Below, one piece after another: positions 8,583-17,821 of a DNA stretch of 64,000 nt; within the stretch, counting starts at the first letter, position 1, and every line of letters starts with the position of its first letter. The DNA comes from Thermoplasmata archaeon (GTDB taxonomy: Archaea; Thermoplasmatota; Thermoplasmata; Sysuiplasmatales; Sysuiplasmataceae): contig JAJZXY010000004.1 in the NCBI GenBank assembly GCA_021806165.1, forward strand, positions 65,595 to 129,594. Reading direction: 5' to 3'. The notes under the pieces were generated by a model, which was given only the letters and a program-made list of their open reading frames with translations, was not told the DNA's origin and did no database searches. The translations under genes and the position numbers were made by a program.

Positions 8583-11183
8583 TCAGCTTCGTTTCACCAG
8601 GAGCAGAATCTCTCCTGCCTGAAGCGCCTCCGCCGCCCGTCCCTCCGCATAGTAGGTGTACTGCACCTCGAATGCCTCCTTCTCTATGGTATGCCTGCCC
8701 CCGGCTGAATTAATGACGAGGCTGCCGTCTTCATCCACCTCAAAACCTCTTTCAGGTGCAGACTTCAGCATGTCCGTGATCTCCCTGGCCCTCCCCCTGT
8801 ACTTTGGCCCAATGTACTGGTAGTTTGGCCTGATGGAGGTGACTTTCTTCTGAAAATCCATCGAAGCCGAGAAGGTGACGCTTGAACTTCTTGCAGCGCT
8901 TCCTATCTCTTCCGCGCATGACTTCAGACCGGTGTCCGCGGAATATACCGTTATGCTTTCCAGCTGTCCCCTGAAATCATTGTCTGCCCTCCATTTCCTC
9001 ACCGCATTCACAATTCCGACGGCTGCCGCACCGGATTCCTCACCTGCCATGGTGACGTCCACATGCTCTGGCCAGGGCAGCAGATGGACGCTGGCGCTCC
9101 CCTGCTCCTTCCTGAAGAACTCCTGGTAGACTGCCTCCGTCACATGAGGCAGGAAGGGGGCGAAAAGTGTGTTTATGCCTTCTGCTATCTTTCGGAGAAC
9201 CCATACAGCGCTGCCATCCCCCTTCCTGACCCTCGACTTGACCATCTCGATATAGTCGTCGGCAAACTGATGCCATGCAAACTGCTCAATCAGGCGCATG
9301 GCCCTGTCAAACTCATACATGTCCATGCACGCCGTCGCCTCATCCAGCGTTGAGTTGAAGCGCGCCAATATCCAGCTGTCCGCGGGTCCAAGCGATGCGG
9401 GGATATCACCTGCATCTCCGCAGGACGAAACGAAATTCGCAATGTTCCAGAGCTTGTTGCAGAGGCGCTGCCCGTGTACAACATCCCTCTCCCTGAAGGC
9501 CTGGTCCGTACCCAGGCTGCAGGTGGACGCATAATATCTCAGCGCATCCGCTCCGTACTTCTCAATCAGCGGCACAGGATCTATGACATTTCCAAGATGG
9601 GTGTGCATAGGCGTCTTGTCGGGCGCCATTATGAAGCCCGTAATCATGATGTCCTTCCACGGTATGCTGTTGACCAGCAGCTTGCTCCTGAGCACGCTGT
9701 AGTATGCCCATGTCCGTATGATTTCGTGAGCCTGCCCCCTCATCGACATCGGATACATGCGATCGAAGAGTTTTTCATCCCTCAGCCAGAAGCAGTTGTA
9801 GAGTGCGCTGATGCTGGAATCCATCCACGTGTCAAACACATCCCTGCTGCCTGAAAGCTGTGAACCGTCTTGAGGGCAGGTGCGGGGTGCGGGGGTCTCC
9901 ACAGGGTCAATGTAGCATGCCTCCTCCTCCGCAGGGAGTATATAATCGCATTTCGGGCATTCCCATACTGGGATGGGAGTTGCAAAGAGCCTCTGGCGGG
10001 ATATCACCCAGTCCCAGTCCAGGGAATCTGTCCACTCGGCGAGCCTGTGTTTCATGAATCCTGGATACCAGTTTATCCTATCGGAGGAGCTGAGCACCTC
10101 TCCCGAGAAGCTGACGCTTTTCAGGAACCACTGCATCTTCTCGATAATTTCGACGGGTGTTGCACAGCGCCAGCAGACTCCTACATTCTGGCGTATGCCC
10201 TCCTTCCTCTGATAGTTGCCTGACTTGACCAGAAGTCCGACAATCTTCTCCCTGGCTGCGACGGTGTCGAGTCCACTGAGAGGGCCTGAAAGCTCGTTAA
10301 GTCTGCCGAATTCGTCAACCACCACCGTTACCGGCAGCCTGTGCTTCAGAATCCAGTTGGCATCCTCCTTGTCGCCATATGAACATATCATCACCGCACC
10401 CGAGCCGAATTCCATTTCCACCCCGTCATCCTCTATAACTGGTACCTCCTTCCCGTATACAGGAAGGAGTGCATGCCTGCCGGCATAGCCCGCATACCGG
10501 GGATCGGACGGATGCACAAGCACCGCATGGCATGCGCCGATAAGCTCAGGCCTGGTCGTGGCTATTGTCAGCGTGCCACCCTCCTTCAGTTCAAATCCGA
10601 CATAATGGAGACTGGTGTCCCTCTCCTCCCTCTCAACCTCGGCATCGGCAAGGGATGTATTGCAGCGTGGACACCAGTTTACCGGGAATGTGCCCCTGTA
10701 CGCCAGGCCCTTCTTCAGAAGGCGCAGGAAGCTAATCTGTGTGAAACGCCTGTAGTACGGGGCGTGGGTCTCATAATAGATGGAGGGGTCAAGGCTCATA
10801 CCCAGCATCTCAAACTGCCGCGTCATTGTATCTATGAACTGGTTGGCATAGTCATTGCAGAGCTTGAGGTATGTCTGCCTGTCCACTGTGAACTTTGTTA
10901 TGCCATGCTTCTTCTCAGTGGCAGTTTCCACCGGCATCCCGTTGCCGTCGAAACAGAGGGGGAAGAAGACGTTGTATCCCTTCATGCGCCTGTACCTGGC
11001 TGCAAAATCAAGGATCGGGTAGCCTGTTGCATGGCCCAGGTGCAGTGCCCCGGATGTATACCTTGGGGGGGTATCGATGCTGTATATCTCATTTTCAGAG
11101 GCCGGATCGAATCTGTAGACTGCCCCCTCCCTCCACATCTTCTGCCACCTGGACTCCTGCTCCCTGTGGTCGTACGCGGTCAT
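8583..11183 (-). CDS. valS: Valine--tRNA ligase (archaeal type)
   Basis: IDTPPRYTSGALHLGH (HIGH-like), DWVISRQR, DVFDTWMDSS; KMSKS-equivalent reads PMHTH. Confidence 0.95.
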   Translation of the reverse strand: MTAYDHREQESRWQKMWREGAVYRFDPASENEIYSIDTPPRYTSGALHLGHATGYPILDFAARYRRMKGYNVFFPLCFDGNGMPVETATEKKHGITKFTVDRQTYLKLCNDYANQFIDTMTRQFEMLGMSLDPSIYYETHAPYYRRFTQISFLRLLKKGLAYRGTFPVNWCPRCNTSLADAEVEREERDTSLHYVGFELKEGGTLTIATTRPELIGACHAVLVHPSDPRYAGYAGRHALLPVYGKEVPVIEDDGVEMEFGSGAVMICSYGDKEDANWILKHRLPVTVVVDEFGRLNELSGPLSGLDTVAAREKIVGLLVKSGNYQRKEGIRQNVGVCWRCATPVEIIEKMQWFLKSVSFSGEVLSSSDRINWYPGFMKHRLAEWTDSLDWDWVISRQRLFATPIPVWECPKCDYILPAEEEACYIDPVETPAPRTCPQDGSQLSGSRDVFDTWMDSSISALYNCFWLRDEKLFDRMYPMSMRGQAHEIIRTWAYYSVLRSKLLVNSIPWKDIMITGFIMAPDKTPMHTHLGNVIDPVPLIEKYGADALRYYASTCSLGTDQAFRERDVVHGQRLCNKLWNIANFVSSCGDAGDIPASLGPADSWILARFNSTLDEATACMDMYEFDRAMRLIEQFAWHQFADDYIEMVKSRVRKGDGSAVWVLRKIAEGINTLFAPFLPHVTEAVYQEFFRKEQGSASVHLLPWPEHVDVTMAGEESGAAAVGIVNAVRKWRADNDFRGQLESITVYSADTGLKSCAEEIGSAARSSSVTFSASMDFQKKVTSIRPNYQYIGPKYRGRAREITDMLKSAPERGFEVDEDGSLVINSAGGRHTIEKEAFEVQYTYYAEGRAAEALQAGEILLLVKRS

Positions 11184-11315
11184 CGGTTTGTGGAGAACCT
11201 GCGTAAATTAAAATAAGTTCCTCAAACGCAGGGGCAGGCGGCTGCAATAACGCCGCCATAACGCCGTCATATTATTATAAGAGGGCATATCTGCTTCTTT
11301 CACCGGTGATCTGTC

Positions 11316-12170
11316 CTGATAGGCAACGAGCTCACTTCACTCATTGCAGCCCTGGTAATCAGCTTCAGGGAGGGGCTGGAAGCATCACTGGTCGTCATAG
11401 TGGTGATGGGCTACCTGAGGGCAACCGATTCCAGGCACACCGCATACGTCTATTACGGCATAGCCTCCGCTCTCGGGCTGTCGGTTGCCATCGCGGTGAC
11501 AGTGGGTTTTGCATACGCTTCCTACGGAGACTATTTCGAGGCAGTGATGGGCATTTTCGCTGTTGCTGTCCTGATTTCAATGATAGTGTTCATGAAGAGA
11601 CACGCCGGCTCCATCAGCAGGACACTGCGTGACAGGCTGGAGCGCGGAATAGGGAGCTATGGATCGTCGGCAATCTTCATGATAAGTTTTACAACGGTTC
11701 TAAGGGAGGGTGTGGAGGCCGTGATCTTCATCTCACCTTTCATATTCCTCTCCGAGGCAGGCAGCATTATCGGAGCCATGTCGGGATTGGTGCTCGTCGT
11801 AGTTGTCTACATGGTGCTGACGAGCGCCTCGAAGAAGATGAACGTGGGCACTCTCTTCAGGTACACCTCCCTTGCACTAATTGTATTCGCATCGGCAATA
11901 CTGGCGATTGTGATGCACAACCTCCAGAGTGTTCATCTGCTGCCGACTGCGGGAGTGGTTGTAACCTACCAGGACACGGGGTACCTGGCTTCCATTGCAC
12001 ACTCCCTGCTCGTCCTCCTGATAGGATTTGATGGTCCTTCCTACACCGTACTGCAGGGCATTGCGTATCTGGTGCTCCTCTCCTCCCTGCTTGTCTACTT
12101 CTTCAGGAAGGGTGGCAGCGTGCACGAGCATTCAAGGAACGGTTCTCCAGAGGCGCTGTCGGAAGAATAA
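11316..12170 (+). CDS. FTR1/EfeU family iron permease, probable CTG start at 11316
   Basis: Two RExxE motifs: REGLE (upstream of the ORF-track GTG 11400) and REGVE; SD GGTGAT at 11305-11310. Confidence 0.85.
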   Translation: MIGNELTSLIAALVISFREGLEASLVVIVVMGYLRATDSRHTAYVYYGIASALGLSVAIAVTVGFAYASYGDYFEAVMGIFAVAVLISMIVFMKRHAGSISRTLRDRLERGIGSYGSSAIFMISFTTVLREGVEAVIFISPFIFLSEAGSIIGAMSGLVLVVVVYMVLTSASKKMNVGTLFRYTSLALIVFASAILAIVMHNLQSVHLLPTAGVVVTYQDTGYLASIAHSLLVLLIGFDGPSYTVLQGIAYLVLLSSLLVYFFRKGGSVHEHSRNGSPEALSEE

Positions 12171-12836
12171 TCATTCATAAACCGGGTGGCCGAGGTGGCC
12201 GGTATTCCTGAGTTCGACCAGATCGTCAAAGAGTTCGGGAGCCACTGCCATCACGGCATCGAATGCCTGCCTGGCAAGCTCGCGAATCTCCCACTGGGCG
12301 CTCCGGTCCAGGCGCATGACAAAGAAGTGCCTGAGCGATCGTGCGTTTGTGGTCCAGTAGAGTCTGGTTTCAGCGGCATTTGTCAGAACGAATCTTGCAT
12401 CCTCCTTCTTGACGCCGAGGGCAATGAGTTCCGAATAGGTTGAATAGCTCCCCTTTATGAATTCTTCCATCTTGGAAAGAGCTTCCTCCCTCTTCCCGCC
12501 CTCTATGTACTGGAGCTGTGGCATGACATAGAGGCTCTCCTTCTCGGAAACGTACCGCTGGCTCCTCTGGCTGAACGAGCTGTGCCTGTGCCTTACGAGC
12601 TGGTGCGAGCACGCCCTGCTGATGCCCTCTATCCTGAAAGTGAAATTGGCATGCTCAATGACGTCCATATGGCCATATCCGATAATCCTCTTTATGAAGG
12701 AGCCGTAATCCTCCTTCTTCTCCCTGTCGTAACAGACTCCCGCCGCCCGGCCGCAGGCCCCGACAGGATTCGGGGTGCTGGTTACAAGCTCCACTTTAAG
12801 TGCGGCCCGTCTTGATAGAACTTCGTCCGCAGCCAT
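12171..12836 (-). CDS. thyX: FAD-dependent thymidylate synthase
   Basis: GHMDVIEH, ISRACSHQLVRHRHSSFSQRSQRY, EDARFVL, AQWEIR. Confidence 0.95.
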   Translation of the reverse strand: MAADEVLSRRAALKVELVTSTPNPVGACGRAAGVCYDREKKEDYGSFIKRIIGYGHMDVIEHANFTFRIEGISRACSHQLVRHRHSSFSQRSQRYVSEKESLYVMPQLQYIEGGKREEALSKMEEFIKGSYSTYSELIALGVKKEDARFVLTNAAETRLYWTTNARSLRHFFVMRLDRSAQWEIRELARQAFDAVMAVAPELFDDLVELRNTGHLGHPVYE

Positions 12837-12981
12837 GTCGGGTTGAGGAGAGGCATTCTAACATAAATTACTTGGCTACTGCTGGGCGAATGGCGGTGAA
12901 CGGGCGGCACACCCTCACTCCAGTCGCGAGAGGAACAATGGGCCCTTCCCGGGAATCATTTAAGATGGATGCACATATCAG

Positions 12982-14229
12982 GTGGGTGACCGTGGGAGGC
13001 TCAATCTGTCGGAGGAAGGTGAAGATAAGAGGGTAGGCTATGCTGAGGTCCTGGCCCACAGGAATTTCCTTGCCCTGTGGACCGGCTCCCTTGTTGGCCG
13101 CACTGGCGACTATCTCCTTTCAGTGGCCATGATAGCCTTCGTCGTTGCCAGGACAGACAACGGGTTTGACGCAGGCCTCATGGCCGCGGTCTTCTACATA
13201 CCCATATTCCTCTTCGCCCCACTTTTTGGAAGGATAGTTGACAACAATGACAGGAGGAGGCTGCTGGTTGTCTCCACGCTAATGGAGGTATTCTTCGGGA
13301 TACTGCTCTACCTGGCGGTTAAGGAGAATTTCCTTGTGCTGCCCCTGTCATTCGCGCTTGTATTCGTGATATCTGCCTTCGGCCTGATGGTTTCAATATG
13401 CAGGAGCAGCAGCATTCCCCTCACAGTATCCAGGGACGAACTTACGGCTGCCAACTCCCTCCAGCAGACCACATCTCAGTTCAGCAGGATCTTTGGATAT
13501 GCCGCAGGGGGAGTCCTTTTCATCGTGCTGGGCGAAACCTCCGGCCTGGTGCTGCTGGTGGTGATATCGTTCATCATCAGCGCCTCCGTATTCTCCCTGA
13601 TGCGGTTCGAGTCTCCTGTCGCGGAGGGAAGGGGAAGGAGGAGTGCGGACGGGCTGAAATATATCAAGGGCAACAGGCTCTTCCTCCAGATTACAGTCTT
13701 TCTTACCATTGTCAACTTCACGGGAGCCGGAATGCTCTTTCTCCCTGCGATAATGTCGAGCCGCATCTTCCTCACGGGCGAAACGGGCTATGCCAGCATC
13801 CTTCTTGTCCTTGCAGTGGGGTCTATTGCAGGGAATTACCTTGTGACGGTATTCAGGGTGAGGGACAGGGTTGGGAGCATTATGATTCTCTCGGTCATGG
13901 CAAATGGGATTCTCTACATAATGTTTGCATACTCTCCAGGCATCATTGCGGCGCTGGCTGTGACGCTCGTCATAGGTGTCGTCGAGGGCATATCTGCCGT
14001 CCCGTTCGTCGCGCTCCTGCAGGCCAGGACACCCCCTGAAAGGATGGGCAGCGTCCTGGCCGGCATATCGATGCTGCTGCTAGGGGGTGCCTCCCTTTCA
14101 ATGGTCCTGAGCGGGGAACTTGTTGTTCTTATGGGCGTCCAGAGGGTTTATGTCCTCTTCGCAGCCCTGCTGCTCGCAGTGTCCCTCCTGGGGGCAAACA
14201 TGAAAGAATTAAGACAGGCGTCGTATTAA
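12982..14229 (+). CDS. MFS transporter (DHA3/macrolide-efflux-like)
   Basis: 12-TM pattern, GRIVDNNDRRRLL motif A, LQARTPPERMG; start GTG 12982 or CTG 13006. Confidence 0.85.
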   Translation: MGDRGRLNLSEEGEDKRVGYAEVLAHRNFLALWTGSLVGRTGDYLLSVAMIAFVVARTDNGFDAGLMAAVFYIPIFLFAPLFGRIVDNNDRRRLLVVSTLMEVFFGILLYLAVKENFLVLPLSFALVFVISAFGLMVSICRSSSIPLTVSRDELTAANSLQQTTSQFSRIFGYAAGGVLFIVLGETSGLVLLVVISFIISASVFSLMRFESPVAEGRGRRSADGLKYIKGNRLFLQITVFLTIVNFTGAGMLFLPAIMSSRIFLTGETGYASILLVLAVGSIAGNYLVTVFRVRDRVGSIMILSVMANGILYIMFAYSPGIIAALAVTLVIGVVEGISAVPFVALLQARTPPERMGSVLAGISMLLLGGASLSMVLSGELVVLMGVQRVYVLFAALLLAVSLLGANMKELRQASY

Positions 14230-14250
14230 CATGTAGGGCGAGGGGGTACA

Positions 14251-14847
14251 CTGACGGCCAGAAGGAAGAGGAAATTCCCGATAGGAATTGCCGACACCCT
14301 CCTTAGCGAGGAGAGGCTCAGGATACTGGATCCAAGGGATGTCATGGATGCATTCTACGTCGACGAGGGATGCACAGTGCTGGACGTGGGCTGCGGTCCG
14401 GGAGCCTTCCTTGAGAGCGCATCCGAAAGGGTGGGGAGTGCAGGGAAGGTTATTGGAATTGACATCCAGGAGCCTTTCATCAGGATGGCTTTGCACCTTG
14501 TATCCGAGAAGGGGCTGGCGAACGTAACGCTCATGACATCGCGTGAGGATGGAATTCCGCTCGAGGGGCAGTGTGTGGACATCGCACTTCTGGTGACGAC
14601 TATGCACGAGCTTGAAGGCAGGGACACTCTCGACGAGATAAACCGGGTAATGAAGAAGGGGGGTGTGATTGGAGTGATTGAATGGGAGAAGCAGAAGACG
14701 CCCATAGGACCGCCGGTCTCGGAGAGGATGGGGCAGGACGAGGCGGAGGAGCTGCTCGGCAGGTGCGGATTCGACATAGAGAAGGTCTTCTCAATCGGGA
14801 GATACCACTATGGCATCTCTGCCAGGAAGTCAAAGATGGCTGACTGA
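14251..14847 (+). CDS. Class I SAM-dependent methyltransferase (UbiE-like), probable CTG start at 14251
   Basis: VLDVGCGPG, VIGIDIQ, EWEKQKTPIGPP; in-frame extension KFPIGIADTLLSEERLRILDP upstream of ATG 14344. Confidence 0.8.
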   Translation: MTARRKRKFPIGIADTLLSEERLRILDPRDVMDAFYVDEGCTVLDVGCGPGAFLESASERVGSAGKVIGIDIQEPFIRMALHLVSEKGLANVTLMTSREDGIPLEGQCVDIALLVTTMHELEGRDTLDEINRVMKKGGVIGVIEWEKQKTPIGPPVSERMGQDEAEELLGRCGFDIEKVFSIGRYHYGISARKSKMAD

Positions 14848-14883
14848 AAAGTGTTAATAGGGACGGGCCTAGTGGATGGAAAG

Positions 14884-15051
14884 ATGAACCAGAGAAGAAT
14901 CTGGCCAGTGGCAGGGGCCGGGGCCCTGCTGACGCCCCTGAACGTGACAGTCGCGACTATAATAATACTCGGAGCGGTCCTGATATTCATCATATGGAGG
15001 AGGAGAAACAGGAGGAAGAACAGGGGGAATTCTGTCTACCTGTTCCACTGA
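14884..15051 (+). CDS. Small single-TM protein with basic cytoplasmic tail
   Basis: MNQRRIWP... then hydrophobic VTVATIIILGAVLIFIIW followed by RRRNRRKNR; fills the gap before a convergent gene. Confidence 0.5.
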   Translation: MNQRRIWPVAGAGALLTPLNVTVATIIILGAVLIFIIWRRRNRRKNRGNSVYLFH

Positions 15052-15055
15052 AAGC

Positions 15056-15814
15056 TCACAGGCTTCCCAGGTAGATTTCGGTAGTCATCTCCATAAGCAC
15101 CTTCCCATCCTTCTGGTGTCTTTCAAACACGTCCGAGATTGCCTCCATCAGCTCCCCGTATGCATGTTCACCTTCAGCCGGCATGTAGGAGGCGGAGAGA
15201 AGGCGGCCCCTGAGACCGTCGAGAGTCAGCCATCTGTTATTTGGAAGCGTGAATCTCCTGTATGAGGAGAAGAAGAGGCGAAGCCCCTCGTCTCCCGGAC
15301 CCATGACAGGTGAGAAGTTCCTTCCGAACCTGCTGACAAGCTCCCGGTAGTCGGTGTTCAGCCCTCCAGTCCTGTCGCGTGTGTTGTATATGACAGCAGC
15401 CTTGCCGTTCCTTGATATGCGCCTGAGCTCCAGGGAGGCAGTTGAGGGGTTGAACCAGTGGAATGACTGCCCGGCGGTGACCATATCGACCGATTTATCC
15501 GGAAGGGTTGTCTCCTCGGCTGAGCCGGCGACGCTCCTGAACCCGCTGAACGATGAGAGAGCCTCCTCGGCGGCTGATCGCATGTCCGCATTAGGCTCAA
15601 CGCAGTAGACTGTGTTCCCGTTTTCCAGGAATAGGCTGCTGAGAATGCCCGTTCCGCTGCCTATGTCCGCTACGACGCTGCCGCTTCCGAAGGATGCCTC
15701 CCTTGCAAGTATCTCAAGAATGCCCCTGGGGTAGGGGGGCCTGTATTTCGCGTATGCTCCGGCCCTTCCGGTGAACCTGCTCTTTGCATCGGATGCGACC
15801 TTCCACTCAGACAA
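15056..15814 (-). CDS. Class I SAM-dependent methyltransferase
   Basis: RFTGRAGAYAKYRPPYP, VADIGSGTG, TAGQSFHWF; TTG 15814 follows AGGAG. Confidence 0.85.
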   Translation of the reverse strand: MSEWKVASDAKSRFTGRAGAYAKYRPPYPRGILEILAREASFGSGSVVADIGSGTGILSSLFLENGNTVYCVEPNADMRSAAEEALSSFSGFRSVAGSAEETTLPDKSVDMVTAGQSFHWFNPSTASLELRRISRNGKAAVIYNTRDRTGGLNTDYRELVSRFGRNFSPVMGPGDEGLRLFFSSYRRFTLPNNRWLTLDGLRGRLLSASYMPAEGEHAYGELMEAISDVFERHQKDGKVLMEMTTEIYLGSL

Positions 15815-16226
15815 TGCGCATCTCCTCCCTGAAGAACCGGCCGCCGGCATCGTCAAGGCGCCACGATCTCGAGGAATCGGGGCTGCCCATCCTGATGCTC
15901 ATTATGAGGTAGGAGTAGGACGGCCATGCATGTGCCCGATCAAATTCGGAGGGAACAGAAGGATGGTCGGGGTGGGAGTGGTAGTAGCCAAGGACTACCA
16001 TGCCGGAGGCTGCTGCCCTCTTTTCCGCCTCCATTATCGACTGTGCATCAATGCTGTACCTCGTGCGCCTGGAATCGGGGGCGGAGTTGCGCGCCTTCCT
16101 GATTTCCTCAACCAGGTGATCGCGGCCGGCCCTGCCGATGAGGAAACCGCAGCATTCCTCCGGGTAGGTGGATACTGCATGCCGCCTGATCTCATCCAGC
16201 AGTGACAGAGGGAGAACAAGAGTCAT
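15807..16226 (-). CDS. JAB/MPN+ (JAMM, M67) metalloprotease, Mec-like
   Basis: YPEECCG and YHSHPDHPSVPSEFD JAMM motif (E...HxH-x7-S-x2-D). Confidence 0.92.
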   Translation of the reverse strand: MTLVLPLSLLDEIRRHAVSTYPEECCGFLIGRAGRDHLVEEIRKARNSAPDSRRTRYSIDAQSIMEAEKRAAASGMVVLGYYHSHPDHPSVPSEFDRAHAWPSYSYLIMSIRMGSPDSSRSWRLDDAGGRFFREEMRIV

Positions 16227-16251
16227 CGCCTTGATATGAAAAGATGGTGGT

Positions 16252-16259
16252 AAAAAAAA
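16252..16259 (-). terminator. Oligo-T (T8) tract after sufS, possible archaeal terminator
   Basis: A8 on the + strand about 10 nt downstream of the sufS stop. Confidence 0.4.
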
Positions 16260-16269
16260 CTTGGCTGAA

Positions 16270-17505
16270 TCAGGCAAACACCTTTCTCACCCTGTCGATG
16301 GCCCGCATAAGTGCGTCGACATCATCCCTCCCGTTGTAGAGGTAGAAGGATGCCCTCGTTGTGGAGGGCTGTTCCAGCCAGTTCATCAGGGGCTGTGCGC
16401 AATGGTGCCCGGACCTTGTGGCGACCCCCTCTCTTCCGAGGATCTCGGCAACATCGTGTCCATGGACACCCTTCAGGTTGAATGAGATGAGGCCACTCCT
16501 CTCCTCCGGATCCCGGGGGCCGTATATCTCAATGTCTGGATGCTCCGACATCCTCTCCATTGCGTACGAGACAAGTGACCTGTCATACGCCTCGATCTTC
16601 TCCATTCCGATGCCACGCAGGTAGTCCACAGCAGCACCAAGGCCTATTGCACCTGAAATGTTCTGTGTTCCTGCCTCGAACTTGTAAGGCAGCTCGGCCC
16701 AGCTGGAGCCCGACTGTTTCACCTCACTTATCATTTCACCGCCGCCGAAAACAGGTTCCATCCTGCCCAGCAGTTCAGCCTTGCCATAAAGGACTCCTAT
16801 TCCAGTGGGTGCACACATCTTGTGACCCGAAACTGCCATCAGATCGCAGTCAATCTGCCTGACATCGACGGGCATATGCGGAACGGATTGAGCCGCATCG
16901 ACTATGAAAAGTGAGCCATTGTCGTGTGCAATCCTGCCTATCTCCCTTATGTTGTTTACCGTACCAAGAACATTGGAGACGTGGCTGACAGACACCACCC
17001 TTGTCCTCCCGCTGAGCTTCTCCATGAAATCGTCCATATCAAGCCTGCCGGAGGAGTCGAGCCCCGCAAACTTCACTTTCACACCCTTCCAGGAGAGCAT
17101 CTGCCACGGAACGATGTTTGAATGGTGCTCCATTACAGTGGTTAGCACCTCATCCCCCTCCTTCAGTGAATGTAAGCCGAGGCTGAGGGAGATTATGTTG
17201 AGCGCTTCCGTTGCACCGCGCACGAAAACGATCTCCTCCGGGCTCGCCGCATTTACAAATGACCTGAATTTCTCGCGTGATGCCTCGAATGCGTCGGTTG
17301 CCTTCTGGCTTAGCGGGTATATCCCACGGTGGACGTTGGAGTTGAACTCCTCTTCGAATGAGGAAACAGCACTTATCACAGAGGCAGGCTTCTGGCTGGT
17401 GGCTGCGCTGTCCAGATAGACGAGATTCTCGTTGCCTGGCGAGCTGAAGATTGGAAAATCTTCCCTGTACGGGGATTTTGCCGGCGGGATCTCTGTCAGA
17501 TGCAT
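16270..17505 (-). CDS. sufS: Cysteine desulfurase, group II
   Basis: YLDSAATSQKP, MEHHSNIVPWQ, SGHKM (PLP Lys), RSGHHCAQP. Confidence 0.95.
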   Translation of the reverse strand: MHLTEIPPAKSPYREDFPIFSSPGNENLVYLDSAATSQKPASVISAVSSFEEEFNSNVHRGIYPLSQKATDAFEASREKFRSFVNAASPEEIVFVRGATEALNIISLSLGLHSLKEGDEVLTTVMEHHSNIVPWQMLSWKGVKVKFAGLDSSGRLDMDDFMEKLSGRTRVVSVSHVSNVLGTVNNIREIGRIAHDNGSLFIVDAAQSVPHMPVDVRQIDCDLMAVSGHKMCAPTGIGVLYGKAELLGRMEPVFGGGEMISEVKQSGSSWAELPYKFEAGTQNISGAIGLGAAVDYLRGIGMEKIEAYDRSLVSYAMERMSEHPDIEIYGPRDPEERSGLISFNLKGVHGHDVAEILGREGVATRSGHHCAQPLMNWLEQPSTTRASFYLYNGRDDVDALMRAIDRVRKVFA

Positions 17506-17509
17506 CACC

Positions 17510-17815
17510 TCACAAGTCCACGAATATATCGCCGTCTACTATCTTAAGCTCGTACTTGCGCAGCGGTTCCTCGGCGGGCGGGTTATCCACTTCGCCTGTC
17601 CTTATGCTGAAACGTGAAAGATGGAGCGGACAGGTGATATTCTCCCCCATTATGATGCCTCGTGACAAGTCCGTATCTTCGTGTGTGCAGATTGCATCCA
17701 GCGCGTGGTATTCATCGCCCAGTTTTATGACCATTATGCTCACCCCGTCTGCGTCGACCCTTTTCACCCGGGCTGTCCCGAAGTCTGAAACAGAGGCGAC
17801 CTTCCTGAAGGTCAT
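17510..17815 (-). CDS. Rieske-type [2Fe-2S] ferredoxin
   Basis: CTH...CPLH Rieske motifs. Confidence 0.92.
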   Translation of the reverse strand: MTFRKVASVSDFGTARVKRVDADGVSIMVIKLGDEYHALDAICTHEDTDLSRGIIMGENITCPLHLSRFSIRTGEVDNPPAEEPLRKYELKIVDGDIFVDL

Positions 17816-17821
17816 CCTTCC

